From NCBI GenBank assembly GCA_043228905.1, contig JBHGNT010000015.1, positions 1,240,001-1,304,000 on the forward strand: 64,000 nt of DNA, in the 5' to 3' direction. Of the stretch, positions 11,301 through 24,200 are shown piece after piece. The DNA comes from Azolla caroliniana (taxonomy: Eukaryota; Plantae; Polypodiophyta). The position numbers were made by a program, and so were the translations under genes. The first letter of the stretch is position 1, and the number at the start of each line of letters is the position of its first letter. The notes beneath the pieces are model-generated. The model ran no database searches. It was not told the DNA's origin and was given only the letters and a program-made list of their open reading frames with translations.

Positions 11301-14116
11301 CAAGGGTCTCGTAGTTACGCTCATGGTTCGGTCGCACTGTCAGAAATTGGACAAAGTGCTGCCCATCTTGCCTTTCCACGCATGCGTACACTCAACCGTT
11401 ATCCAGCACCTTTGTCTCTATGCGTGCCGCCGTAATGTACGGTTCGCTGAGTATCACCGGGTGCGAGGATGTCTCCTGCACAAAGAAGTGTTGATCAATC
11501 TCGACATCTCCGATTTTCACACGTACATTTGGGCAGGTCTCGTGCAGCTCCTTCGTGGCACGTGTCGCCACGCGTATCTTCCACCCATGCTTGGTGATGA
11601 TCGGCCACTTACATTTCTTATAGAAGTCCATAGACATCAGATTGATCTCCGACCCTTGGTCGATCAATGCCACTACCAGCTCCTGGACGTCCCCGACCTG
11701 AACAGGGGTTTCCGTAATAGCCCCTGCCTAGTGCAAATTCGAATAGTGGCTCTGTGCCAACTCATCTTCTAGGGCCACATCCTCCAAGTGTGTTGTTCAC
11801 ACCTCCATTGGCTTCTCCAGCTCCGGCTCCGGCTCCGTCGAGAGCCGTTTACGCTTCACCAAGTTCACGATGGAATCGTGGAACTCCTTCTTGGCGATCC
11901 CAAGCACCTCCCTCAGCGACAGCTCCACCTTCCTGTCGAGAATCCGCTCTTCGAGGACCTTCTGTAGGTCCGTCGTCCTTTCGATTTCGGTGCCCAGCCG
12001 GTAACCGGTCGGCCTTGCTTTGTTTGCCATGCCAGAATTGCCGACTGCATTCCTCTTCGGCCCGAACCGGGTCTCGTACCGATTCGGGGCCGTGGTCCCA
12101 CCTGCCTTCCCTGCCCTCTTATCATCCACCAGAACTTCGTAGTTCTAGCACGTGGCTTCCACGAAGCCGGTCTTCTCCTCTACCGGGTTGTCCCACCCGG
12201 TGACCTCCCGGACCCGCTGCTCCGTGCAGTCCGCTTCTTCCCTCTTCAGTCGTGCGCCGGAGAGGCCTTCTAGCAACAAGGGCCAGAACCCATAGTCTTT
12301 CGTTTTCTAGTCTTCGTTACCTCCTACCCGGATTCCGGTTGATGCCAAATAATGGACAGCCTCTGCATGGCGTGCCTCTGCTTCTTCCATTAACCGATTC
12401 ATCCCTCCGCGCCCGAAATTTGTCTCCACAGCTCTCCGTGTATCACCAGCGTGCACTCGTCCGTTCCGCAGGTACACCACATTACCCCTGAGGGCCTCGG
12501 CAAACTCCACGCAGTCTCGCCGGCTGTGTCCGACCGCGTCGCACCACATACACCATTGTCCAACCGGTGGCCTCCGGTCGCGTGGTTGCCCTCCACTGTC
12601 TCTCCGGGCCTGCACGATCTGTAGGTCACGCACCATTTGTGTCAGCTCCTCAAGAGCCGCTCCTCCGGATGGGCCCTTGATCACGCCGGTCGAGGTCAAG
12701 CCCGTCTCGAGCCAATCCCGAGTTTCCTCCTTTCGTGCCGGCAAAGGCTCATCGAACTTCCTTGTCAGGACGGGTCTCGCCGCCGACAATCCTTCGTCGC
12801 CCCACTCACGTCGTTTGTAGAAAACGGCCGTAGACTCTCTTCACCACAGCCCAGCCAACCGTCAGCCCGTCATCCATCTCCAGCAAGAGACCTACCTGGT
12901 CTCAATCCCACGCGTCCACGGCTTTGACAAACAACAAGACACGGCTCGTGTCCAGCACAGCTCTGTCCATCGCCGAGAGTCGCGCGAAGCGTTTTTCAAA
13001 TCCCGAAGAAGCGACGACGCATTCCTCCCCTTTCCGGGGGTCTCTACCTAATCCATGAAATCTCGCTTTGATAGCCGAAGCGCGTCATCAAACCCGTACC
13101 TTTCGAGGAGCCGCCCCTCGAACTCTTCACAAGTCTAGCATTTGGCCTGCACCTCGAGCACCTCCACGTGAATGCTCGGTGTTGCCACCCGAGGGAATCC
13201 AACCAACCACCTGTCTTCTGGAATGTCCCTCATCACCATCTCGGCTCGGTAGGACACCAAATAGCTCGTGGCGTTCTTCCCACCGAACCAGCCTATTGTG
13301 TCGACAATTGCGTCAATGGCCCTGTTGAGGGCGCCCATGCCCTCGTGAGCACTTACTATCCGATTGACTGCTGCTGCCATGGCTTCGGCGAGCTCCGATC
13401 CCCTCATCTTCGACTCCTCTATCGCCTTGTTTCACGTCGGGTTCACCAAATATGTCGTGTTGTTCCGCTTTCGCATAGGAAATAAGGCGAGACTGCATGG
13501 GCCCTGAATAGAGGAGCAAGAGAGAGAGTAGGCGGAGCGGGAGAAGAGCACAAGCGTAGGCCGGTTAGGCCCGTTTGCAACTGACAGCGCTTGCCGGCTG
13601 AATGAACAACTATGCGTATCTGAACAAGATTCACATTCATGTAAATGAGAAACTCATAAACACGTGTCCGCGAGAGAGAGAAAACAAGAGATTCAATTAC
13701 AATAACAGTAAAGGTTACATTGTTTGCAAGATTACAGCCGAATAGCCGGCGAAAGACCCAACCCAGACAATCACGCGCACACACACACAGTAGAGCCTTT
13801 GCCAGAAAGCACACAGGCTTTCCTCGAAGCAGAGGCAACCAACTCAGAAATCCTATAGAGAACAACAATAGAGGAGGAGAGAGCTCGCTTCCCAGTCCGA
13901 CAACACCTCATCCTAGCCAAAACGCGATCCCCCTTTCAGTCTTCTCCCCTTCCCTTTTATAGGCCGTTGGGGAGGGACCGTTACACCCTGGTCACATCAC
14001 TTTATTCTCTGTCCCTTTGGACAGAGATACGCATCGATTTCCTAGTTAATAAATCTTTACTACCTAGTATATTTACATCAGCTGACCTATTCCTAAGGCC
14101 GGTTTTCTTCATGACA
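8395..14116 (-). mobile_element. G2: degenerate Ty3/gypsy element of the same family, from its 5' LTR (13453-14116) to mid-integrase, where G1 interrupts it
   Basis: Minus-strand gag (FGGKNATSYL), PR (ALIDQGSEINLMS), RT (FLDDIPIKG), RH and INT up to PYALWADRTT. PBS at 13431-13448. Outer flank is CCGG (14117-14120). Confidence 0.93.
13431..13448 (-). other. Primer-binding site of G2, complementary to the 3' end of tRNA-Trp
   Basis: TGGTGAACCCGACGTGAA lies 4 nt inside the LTR end. It matches the plant cytosolic tRNA-Trp 3' end (..TTCACGTCGGGTTCACCA) as recalled, and is identical to the PBS at 41536-41553. Confidence 0.85.
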
Positions 14117-16996
14117 CCGGAGAAGGGGGCGGTATCGGAGTCCCCAAAACTAGGACAAATCGGGGATGAGGCCGAAGTCAAGGGGGAGGCCTACTTGCTT
14201 CTACTGTGGGAAGCCGGGGCACTTCCAGAAGAATTGTCGGCATTTCCGGAAAGAGAGAAACTGGCACCCCTGATTCGAGGAAGAGTTTGGACAGGAGAGG
14301 CCCGAATCGGAAGGGAACATCGGCGATCACGACAAGTGCAAAAGAACTGATGCTCATTATCGTAGAGAATGAGTTAAACCTTGTCGGCGACGATACAACG
14401 TGGGTTGTTGATTCCAGAGCATCGTTCCACCTAACACCGGACCGGAAATGCTTCTCATCCTACACAGCCGGTGATCATGGTTGTGTCCGGATGGGGAATG
14501 AAGGTACATGTTGAATTATCGGCATAGGAGATGTGTCATTGAAGACATCAACCGGATGCAAGCTACTGCTGAAGGATGTCTGACACGTTCCGGAGGTTCA
14601 ATTGAACCTGATATCAGCCTGTCGGCTAGATGATGAAGGCTACATGGGTAGCATCTGGAATGGAGTTATGAAGTTCAGCAAGGGAAGCTTGATCGTGGCT
14701 CAAGCCCGAAAGTTCAACACTCTGTACTTGATGAATGCCAGGATATGCCGGGAAGAAGTGAACGTAGCATCTGACAGTACCGGTGAGCTGTGACACAAAA
14801 GATTGTGTCACATGAGTGAGAAGGGGATGAAGAGACTTGCCGAAGACAATCTCATTCCTGTGAAGGACGTGCAACTTGAGAAGTCAACCGATTGCTTGGC
14901 CGGTAAGAAAAACCGAACCTCTTTCCGGTCAAGGCCACCGATGCGAAGGAATGCACCACTGGAGCTGGTGCAGACCGATGTGTGTCAAGTGGACATGAAG
15001 TCACAAGTCGGAGCGCAATACTTCGTGAAGTTCATAGATGACCACAACCGAAAGCTGTGGTTCACACCGTTGAAGACGAAGGATCAGGTGTTATCTGTCT
15101 TCAAGGAGCTCCACGCAAGAGTGGAAAGAGAAACCAGCCAGAAGCTAAAGGCGGTTTGAGCAGATAACGGAAGAGAATATCGGGGGTAGCTCGAGGAGTA
15201 CTACCGGTCGAAGGGAATCCAGCTCGAATTCACCGTGCTGAAGACACCGGAACTAAACGGGTTAGCCTAAAGGATGAACCGGACCATAATGGAAAGAGTC
15301 TGGAGCATGCTCGCACATGCCAAGCTACCCAAGATGTTTTTGGCTAAGGCGCTGACGACGGCGAGCTATGTGATAAATAGATCACCCTTACTGCTCTTGG
15401 ACGAAGAAGACACACCGCCAAGAGTATGGACCGGTAAGGACGTGTCTTACCGGCACTTGAAGGTGTTCGGGTGTCTCACATATGTGCATGTTGCAAAGGA
15501 TAAGAGAGCGAAGTTGGATCCGAAGTATAGGCCATGCATATTCCTTGGATACAGCGATGATGAGTTTGGTTACGGGGTGTGGGATCTGGTCAACAAGAAG
15601 GTGTTCCGGATTCGGGACATAGTCTTCATGGAAGACGGGACCATTTCCGATTGGGAGTCGGAGAAAAAGATTATCAATTCCGGATCATCCAATGAAAACC
15701 GGTTTGAGGACACAAGGATCTACCCGGTTGAAAACCGGATGTTAGCCGGTAACCAGATGACACTCGACGAACCGGCCGGATATGGATAGGAAACCGAATC
15801 AACCGAAGAAGAAGAAGACACCGGAACTAGACAAGATCCCGAATCAAATTCGGATGAGGAACAAACGGAGGAACCAGCAGTCGAAAACCAAGGATGGAGA
15901 TATCCGCTCCGAGAGAGAAGAGACCCCTAGAGATTTCTGGATGCAGAGCATGTGTTGCTAACCGATGAGGGGGAACTGGAAAGCTTCGAAGAAGCAAAAC
16001 TAGACACCCACATCCGCAAGTGGTTGAGTGCCATGCAGGATGAGATGGATTCCTTGCATGAGAACCACACATATGAACTGACGGAGTTGCCGAAAGGGAA
16101 GAGAGCACTCCGGAACAAGTGGGTGTACAAACTCAAACCGGGAGATGCCAGAAATCCACCAAGGTATAAGGCCCGAATCGTGGTGAAGGGCTTCCAGCAA
16201 AAGAAAGGAGTGGATTTCGATGAGATCTTTGCCCCGATAGTAAAGATGACATCCATCTGGACGGTATTGGGCATAGCTACAAGCATGGACCTCAAGGTAG
16301 AGCAAGTGGATGTGAAGACGACATTCCTCCATGGTGACCTCGAAGAGGAGATTTGCATGCATCAACCGGAAGGATTTGAGAAGAAAGGGAAGGAGCACCT
16401 GGTGTTCCGGTTGAAGAAGAGCTTATACGGACTAAAGCAAGCTCCCCAACAATGGTACCGGAAGTTCGACTCCTTCATGACTGACCAAGGTTACCACAAG
16501 ACGCAGGCCGATCACTACGTGTTTGTGAAGAAATTTGACGGAGGAGACTTCCTAATACTCCTCCTATATGTGGATGATATGTTGATCATCGGACAAGACC
16601 AAGGCAAGATTCGGATGCTGAAGAAGGCTCTGAACCGAACCTTCTCAATGAAAGACCTGGGTTCGGCAAGAAAGTTATTGGGAATGCACATCATCCGGGA
16701 CCGATCGAAGAAGATATTGTGGTTATCACAGGAGAAGTACGTGACAAAGGTGCTTCAAAGGTTCAACATGTCGGAGGCGAAACCGATCGGATCGACACTT
16801 CCGGCAAATTGCAAGCTATCCAGGAAACAAAGCCCGAGGACAAAGGCGGAGAAGACGGATATGATGAAGATACCATATACTTCTACCATCAGGAGCTTGA
16901 TGTACGCGATGGTATGTACCCGACCGGATATCGGATATGCAGTCGGACTGGTGAGCCGGTTCATGAGCAATCCCGACAAAGAGCATTGGAGCGCGG

Positions 16997-18094
16997 TGTC
17001 GTGAAGAAAACCGGCCATAGGCGGAATCGGAGAGAAAGCGAGTAAACCGGCCCCTACACGGATGGACGCATGACTGGATACTTTGTACACGAACCGGTGG
17101 ATGTGACTACTAAGCCACACGCATTTATTAGAGGGGGATTGTGCGTATCCCAGAGAGGGGCAGGGCATAAAGGGAAGAGGACAAGGGGAAAATGGGTATC
17201 GCGCGTTGGGGAGGAAGAAGGGTGCTGCTGCAGAACGAAGAGCCGAGCTCTCTCTTCTCCTCCTTCGGTCTTTGGTCTCTGTGGGTGTCGGGGGTGCTGT
17301 TGCAGAACGAGGAGCCGAGCTCTCTCTTCTCCTCCTCCGGTCTTCGGTCTTTGTGGGTGTCGGGGGGTGCTCCTGCAGAACGAGGAGCCGAGCTCTCTCT
17401 TCTCCTCCTCTGGTCTTCGGTCTCTATCGAGCGTGCTGCTGCAGAACGAAGAGCCGAGCTCTTTCTTCTCCTCCTCCGGTCTTCGGTCTCTGTGGGTGTC
17501 GGGGGTGCTGCTGCAGAACGAGGAGCCGAGCTCTCTCTTCTCCTCCTCTGGTCTTCGGTCTCTGTGGGTGTCGAGGGTGCTGCTGCAGAACGAAGAGCCG
17601 AGCTCTCTCTTCTCCTCCTCCGGTCTTCGGTCTCTGTGGGTGTCGGGGGTGCTACTGCAGAACGAGGAGCCGAGCTCTCTCTTCTCCTCCTCCGGTCTTT
17701 GGTCTCTTTGGGTGTCGGGGGGTGCTGCTGCAGAATGAGGAGTCGAGCTCTCTCTTCTCCTCCTCTGGTCTTCGGTCTCTGTGGGTGTTGGGAGTTCGCT
17801 GCCTTTGCTTCGTTGACAGCCCGTGTGCTCCAAGCAGAGGCTCTCCCCCCCTTTTGGTTCCTGGAGTTGTGTGGCAGTCGTCTGTGTGTGTGAGTGGGAC
17901 CCCGTGTCGGGCCCATTACCGGGTTGCCGGTTGTAACTGTTCGAGTTGTAAGCTATTGATTTTAGTAATTGGATTCTTGTTTCTCGCTCTTAACTCATCT
18001 TTGTGTATCTCTCTCTCTCTCCATCTCTCTCTCCTTGGTCCAAGACCCCCGTGGTCCCGCCTCTTTCTACACGCTCGCGCGTAACAACGCGACA
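16997..18094 (+). mobile_element. Solo LTR of the gypsy family, inserted in C2 RT
   Basis: Termini TGTCGTGAAGAAAACCGG...CAACGCGACA resemble the G1 and G4 LTRs. The C2 frame resumes across it (HWSA/TVKWIL). Flanks are GCGG and ACAG. Confidence 0.9.
17221..17792. repeat. About 8 tandem copies of a ~72-bp unit inside the solo LTR
   Basis: Unit GGTGCTGCTGCAGAACGARGAGCCGAGCTCTCTCTTCTCCTCCTCYGGTCTTCGGTCTCTGTGGGTGTCGGG; one copy is shortened near 17425. Confidence 0.95.
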
Positions 18095-19345
18095 ACAGTC
18101 AAGTGGATACTCCGGTATCTGAAAGGCACTTCGAGTACGTGTCTCCAGTTCGGCTCCAGTAATCCCCAACTTGACGGATTCACGGATTCGGATATGTCGG
18201 CTGATGCGAATACTAGCCGGTCTACATCCGGATATGTCATGAACTATGCAGGGGGAGCTGGTTCCTGGAAGTCGAGGCTGCAGAAGACGGTTGCGTTGTC
18301 AACCACGGAGGCAGAGTACATGGCAGTTGTAGAAGCCAGCAAGGAGATAATCTAGATGAAGGACTTCATCGGAGAGCTAGGAATCCAACAGGAGGAATAC
18401 CGGCTCTACTGCGACAGTCAAAGTGCCATCCACCTTGCAAAGAACGTGGCCTACCATTCCCAGACAAAACATATCCAACGGAGGTACCACTTGATCCGGG
18501 AGAGAGTAGAAGATCAAGAGTTCGTGTTGACAAAGATCCACATGAAGGAGAACAGATTGGATATGCTGACCAAGGTGCTGACAACCGACAAGCTAGACGC
18601 ATGCCAAATGTGGATCGGTCTGACAAGACATCCTATGCTGTAGTGAAGGGGGAGATTGTTGGGAAATCGGTCCCTCCAGATGGGATCCGGTGATGAATGA
18701 AGAGGACCCAGTGAGAACCGGAAGAGATACAGAAACCGGAGGAGAGCCGGTGAGAACCAGAAGAGAGACATATCTGTAAATATGTTTCTTGAGTAACCCT
18801 ATTGAGGCTATATTTGTAAATAGCCCTAAATTCATATAAGTAAAAATATGACTTAGGGCAATCACTTTATGTAGATGTTGTTATATTGTTGTATAGAGAG
18901 TGAGAGAGAGTGTGTGTGTGAGAGAGAGATACAGAGAAATACTCTATTGTAACCGCCGGTGCGAAGAAACAGAGCTTGAGGTCGTTGCCTCTGAGTCTCT
19001 GATTGTACCCTCTTTTCTTCATAGTGATAGTTGGAGTCTGTGGGCTCCCGTGGTTTTTCCCATTCAAGGTTTTCCACGTAAACATCCTGTGTACTCTCTT
19101 TTGTGTGTACGTCTATTCCCATTCCTATGTTGCACTCTTATTGAAGTGATTCAAGACTCAGTGGTGGCCGAGCAGAATTCCGCGCTATTCCTCTCAGTTG
19201 TCACAAAAGAAGTATGTGACAAAGGTTTTGGAAAGATTTAACATGTCGGAATCAAAACCTGTAGGGTCTGCATTGCCAAGAAATTGCAAGTTGAATGAAA
19301 GGTGATGTCCGAAAAGTGAAGAGGACAAGGTTGAGATGAGGAAAG

Positions 19346-19928
19346 TGTTGAAGATAAATGTACAAGCTCAAATTGACATGAGCTATGATTGTTTATGTTT
19401 ATAAAGTTGTATGGTGAATATTTATCTAAAGACTATAGTGAATAGCATATAATGCGTAAATATATGTGGTAGGTGAGAATTAGACACAAAATCAGTGGCT
19501 ACAAAAGTGGCGTCTAATAGGTGAGTCAAGTTGTAAGTAGCTAGCATAAACATAAGGTATAAATAGGTATAAAATGAGTTCTATACATATAGAAAAGAGG
19601 AGAGCAAGAGGAATACCTTGAGTGTCATATGTAAGTGAGAAGTTCTATAGATTGTCTTTGATATACATTGTTAGTCTCTCTCTCACGGTCTCTTTTGTAT
19701 CAGCTATTTTGTAAGATTCATATCTTAATGAATATATAGTCATTTCTTATGTTTAAACACTTTTTGGAAAGCTCGTTCTGTGCAGTTTTTGTATATAAAA
19801 TTGCAGCCTCAGATTCATCATATTATTGGAGTTATCAATCTGAGAGTGAAAGGTGTTTGTCCATGTATTGGACCTACAACGGTTCACGATACGCTTCTTA
19901 CTGTGAATAGGAGGACAAATTCTCCACA
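19346..19928 (+). mobile_element. AT-rich solo LTR (583 bp) of an unrelated family, inserted in C3 RT
   Basis: TG...CA ends with a perfect 5-bp TSD GAAAG (19341-19345 / 19929-19933). TATAAAT near 19558. Strand is inferred. Confidence 0.88.
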
Positions 19929-21265
19929 GAAAGTGCCATAGGCCTCAGTCATCAGCAATTTGATGTATGTTATGGTTTGTACGAGACCAGACATAGCATT
20001 TGCAGTCGGAATAGTAAGCCAATACATGAGTAATCCAGGAAGAGAAAATTGGGCAGTTGTAAAGTAGATACTCAAGTACTTGAAAGGCACCTCAAGGGTA
20101 TGGCGTAGGTATGGTTTCGGGAAACCTATGCTCGAAGGCTTTACTGACTCGAACATGTCGAGAGATGTAGACTCCAATCGATCCACTTTAGGTTATGTGT
20201 GTTGGCATAAAAGGACGACTCCCTCCACTTTGTATCGTAGTGTGAACTCGTCCACATAGTTAGGGTTTAGTATAAGCAATAACCTAATGTTGTAAAGAAA
20301 TATCTTCTTGACCATATATTGTATATCAAGTCTCTGAGAGAGAGAGACAGAGAGAGAGAACATAATAAAGCTTTCCATTAAAGCTCGTTTCTGTGTAAGT
20401 CTCTGCCTTTCTCCCTTTTCTGTGTTGTTTTCCAAGTCAGCAAACAGGTTCTCATACGTTTCCGCATATGCACACCTACCAACTTTCCACAACTAATATT
20501 AGAGCCGACCTTGTTGTTCGGCAGCAACAGACAACAAAAGAAGCTCAAAAGAAACAGACGAGGTCAGTAAAAAAATCTCACTTTTCATACAAGAATATGG
20601 CTTCAACATCCGGAATAGGAGTTGAAATCATAAAGTTCGATGGAAAAAATTTTGCACTATGGAAGGAGATGATGCAAGATGTTCTGATCATCAAAAGACA
20701 AGTCGAAGTTATTCGACACAGTGAAAAACCTGCTCCGATGACAGCCGAAGAGTGGAAATCGATGGAAGAAATTGCACACTCCACCATCTGAATGCATCTA
20801 GCCGAAAACGTCTACTTCAGCATGGCAAAAGAGACGATAGCGTTTTCACTGTGGGAAAAGTTACAAGCCGTGTACGAGAAGAAGTCCTCATCTTCGAAAC
20901 TGATTTTGATCAAACAACTTTTCAACATAAAGATGAGAGAAACTGATGCGGTTACCCCCCACATCAACACCTTCAGCTGGGTGTTGTCAGAACTCTCCTC
21001 ACAAGGGATAAACTTCGAAGAAGAAGTGAAATCCCTTGCCCTCTTATCGAGCTTGCCGACGAGTTGGGAGGTATTTTGCACGACATACGCCAATAGTCGA
21101 CCGATCCTAAATCTGGATGAGACGATCGGCCAAGTCCTCACCGAGGACATTCAGAGAAAATCGATGGGACTTACCATCGATGAATCAGCAAAAGCTCATC
21201 ACTCGACCAAGTCGTTCGACCAACAGAGTCGTATGAGAGAACAAGCCGACATAACCAGTCGGAAT

Positions 21266-24200
21266 TGACAAGAACTACGCGCTCTCGGTGAACAACGCTC
21301 GGCCACAACCGAGCTTAGAATCATAAAACACAGAAAAACAGGGAATGAATGCACGACACAATGGAGAGAAGAGTACACAAGATGTTTACGTAGAAAACCC
21401 AAATACAGGAAAAACCACGGCAGCCCACAGACTGCAAACTATCACTATATCACAATGATTACAACAGTGAGCTCATGGAGGCAACGACCTCGTGTTCACG
21501 ATCTTCGCCACAGGCGGCAGTTACAACAGAGGCAACGACCTCTTCGTTTCTTTCTCTCTTTCTCTCTCTGTACACTGTTGCATTCTAATCTTTTTCACCA
21601 ACAAGAATGACAACAACATATTCACTAAGTTTGCCCTAAGTCATATTTATACTAATATGAATTTTCGGTTATTTACAAATATAGCCCCGATGGACTCTTA
21701 GAAACATATTTACGAATATGTCCCTTCATCCGGTGAGCACTCCTCACCGAGCCTGCATCATCCGGCGCTTGCCGAGCACTCATCATCCGGTTCTCACCGG
21801 GTCTTCCCATCCGGAGGGACCTATTTCCTAACAAACTCCCCCTTCACTCCGGCATGGGATGTCTTACTAGTCTGATCCGCTTCCGGCATGCTTCCAACTT
21901 GTCAGGTATCAGTACTTTGGTCAGCATATCTAACCCGTTCTCGGCCGTGTGGATCTTCGTCAGCGCGAACTCCTGGTCATCTACTCTTTCCTGGATCCAA
22001 TGATACCTTCGCTGGATATGCTTCGTCCGAGAATGGTAGGCCGCATTCTTAGCAAGGTGGATGGCACTTTGACTGTCGCAATAGAGCCGGTATTCATCTT
22101 GCCGGATACCGAGCTCTCTGATGAAGTCCTTCATCTATAATATTTCCTTGCCGACTTCCACAACCGCCATGTACTCCGCCTCCGTAGTTGACAACGCAAC
22201 CGTCTTCTGCAGCCTCGACTGCCACGAAACAACTCCCCCTGCATATGTCATTACATACTCGGATGTAGACCGGTTGGTATCCACATCAGCCGACATGTCC
22301 GAATCAGTAAAACCGTCAAGTTGAGGTTTACCAGAGCCGAATCGGAGACACATATTTGAAGTGCCCTTCAAGTACCGGAGTATCCATTTGACCGTGTTCC
22401 AGTGCTCCTTGCCGGGATTGCTCATAAACCGGCTCACCACTCCGACTGCGTATCCTATATCTGGTCGGGTACACACCGTTGCGTACATTAAGCTCCCGAC
22501 GGCGGAGGCATATGGAACCTTCATCATATCAGCCTTCTCTGCTTTCGTCTTCGGGCTTTGCTTACCGGATAACCTGCAGTTTGCCGGAAGTGTCGATCCG
22601 ACCGGTTTCGCATCTCACATGTTGAACCGCTAAAGCACCTTTGTCACGTACTTCTCCTGTGACAGCCACAATTGCTTCACTAACTGGTTCCGGATAATAT
22701 GCATCCCCATCATCTGTCTTGCCGGACCCAAGTCTTTCATTGAGAAGGTTCGGTTGAGAGCCTTCTTCAACATCCGTATTTTGGCTTGGTCCCGTCCGAC
22801 GATCAACATGTCGTCCACGTATAGAAGGAGTATCAGGAAATCGCCTCCTTCGAACTTCTTCACAAACACACAGTGATCGGCCTGCGTCTTGTGGTACCCT
22901 TGATCGGTCATGAAGGAGTCGAACTTCCGGTACCATTGTCAGGGGGGAGCTTGCTTCAGTCCGTACAGGCTCTTCTTCAACCGGCAAACTAGTTGCTCCT
23001 TCCCTTTCTCCACGAATCCTTCCGGTTGCTGCATGTAGATCTCCTCTTCAAGGTCACTGTGAAGGAATGTCGTCTTCACGTCCAGCTGCTCTACCTCGAG
23101 GTCCATGCTTGCCGCTATACTCAACACCATCCAGATGGAGGTCATCTTTACTACCGGGGCAAATATCTCGTCGAAGTCCACGCCCTTCTTCTATTGGAAC
23201 CCCTTCACCACGATCCTGGCTTTGTATCTCGGGGGGTTGCCGGCATCTCCCGGTTTCAACTTGTACACCCACTTGTTTCGGAGTGCCCGCTTTCCTTTTG
23301 GCAACTCCACCAATTCGTACATTTGGTTCTCATGCAGGGAATCCATCTCATCCTGCATGGCACTTAACCATTTTCGGTTGTGGGTGTCATCCTTCGCTTC
23401 TTCGAAGCTTTCTGGCTCCCCCTCATCGGTTAGCAACACATGCTCTGCATCCGGAAATCTCCGGGGGGCCCTTCTCTCTCTGAGAGGATATCTCCGTCTT
23501 TGGGCTTCGGTAATCTCCGGATATCTCTCTGAGAGGATATCTCCGTACATTTGGTTCTCATGCAGGGAATCCATCTCATCCTGCATGGCACTTAACCATT
23601 TTCGGTTGTGGGTGTCATCCTTCGCTTCTTCGAAGCTTTCTGGCTCCCCCTCATCGGTTAGCAACACATGCTCTGCATCCGGAAATCTCCGGGGGGCCCT
23701 TCTCTCTCTGAGAGGATATCTCCGTCTTTGGGCTTCGGTAACCGGCTCCTCCATTTGCTCTTCATCCGAATCCGATTCGGGGTCTTGGCAAGTTCCGGTT
23801 TCAGCTTCCTCCACTTCTTCTTCTACCGTTTCGGTATCCTCACCGTAACCGGCTGGTTCCTCGAGTGTTAACCGGTCTCTTGCCGGTTGGGTCTGCTCAT
23901 CGTAGAATTGATCCTTACTCGTCGACTCGGAGTTCATTATCTTCTTCTCCGACTCCCAGTCGGCGAGCATCTTGTCCTCCATGAAGATAATATCTTGACT
24001 CCGGAATACCTTCTTGTCGACCAGGTCCCACACTCGGTAGCCGAACTCATCATCGTCGTAACCGAGGAATATGCATGGTCGGGTCTTCGGATCTAGTTTT
24101 CCTCTCCGATCCTTAGCTACATGCACATACGCAGGACACCCGAATACCTTCAGATGCTGGTAGGACACTTCCTTACCGGTCCAGACTCTCTGTGGCGTGT

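Larger units (their letters stand above)
14117..19203 (+). mobile_element. C2: degenerate Ty1/copia element related to C1, from the gag knuckle to the 3' LTR (18657-~19203)
   Basis: CFYCGKPGHF, WVVDSRAS, INT, RT (YVDDML) and RH fragments with stops. PPT GAAGGGGGAGA at 18645-18655. LTR reads TGTTGGG...TTGTCA, with the end uncertain by about 2 nt. Confidence 0.92.

Noticed and set aside
17054-18084. Long repetitive ORFs on both strands; CRISPR-like periodicity
   Set aside because: These are by-products of a stop-poor 72-bp tandem repeat inside an LTR. There are no unique spacers and no cas genes.
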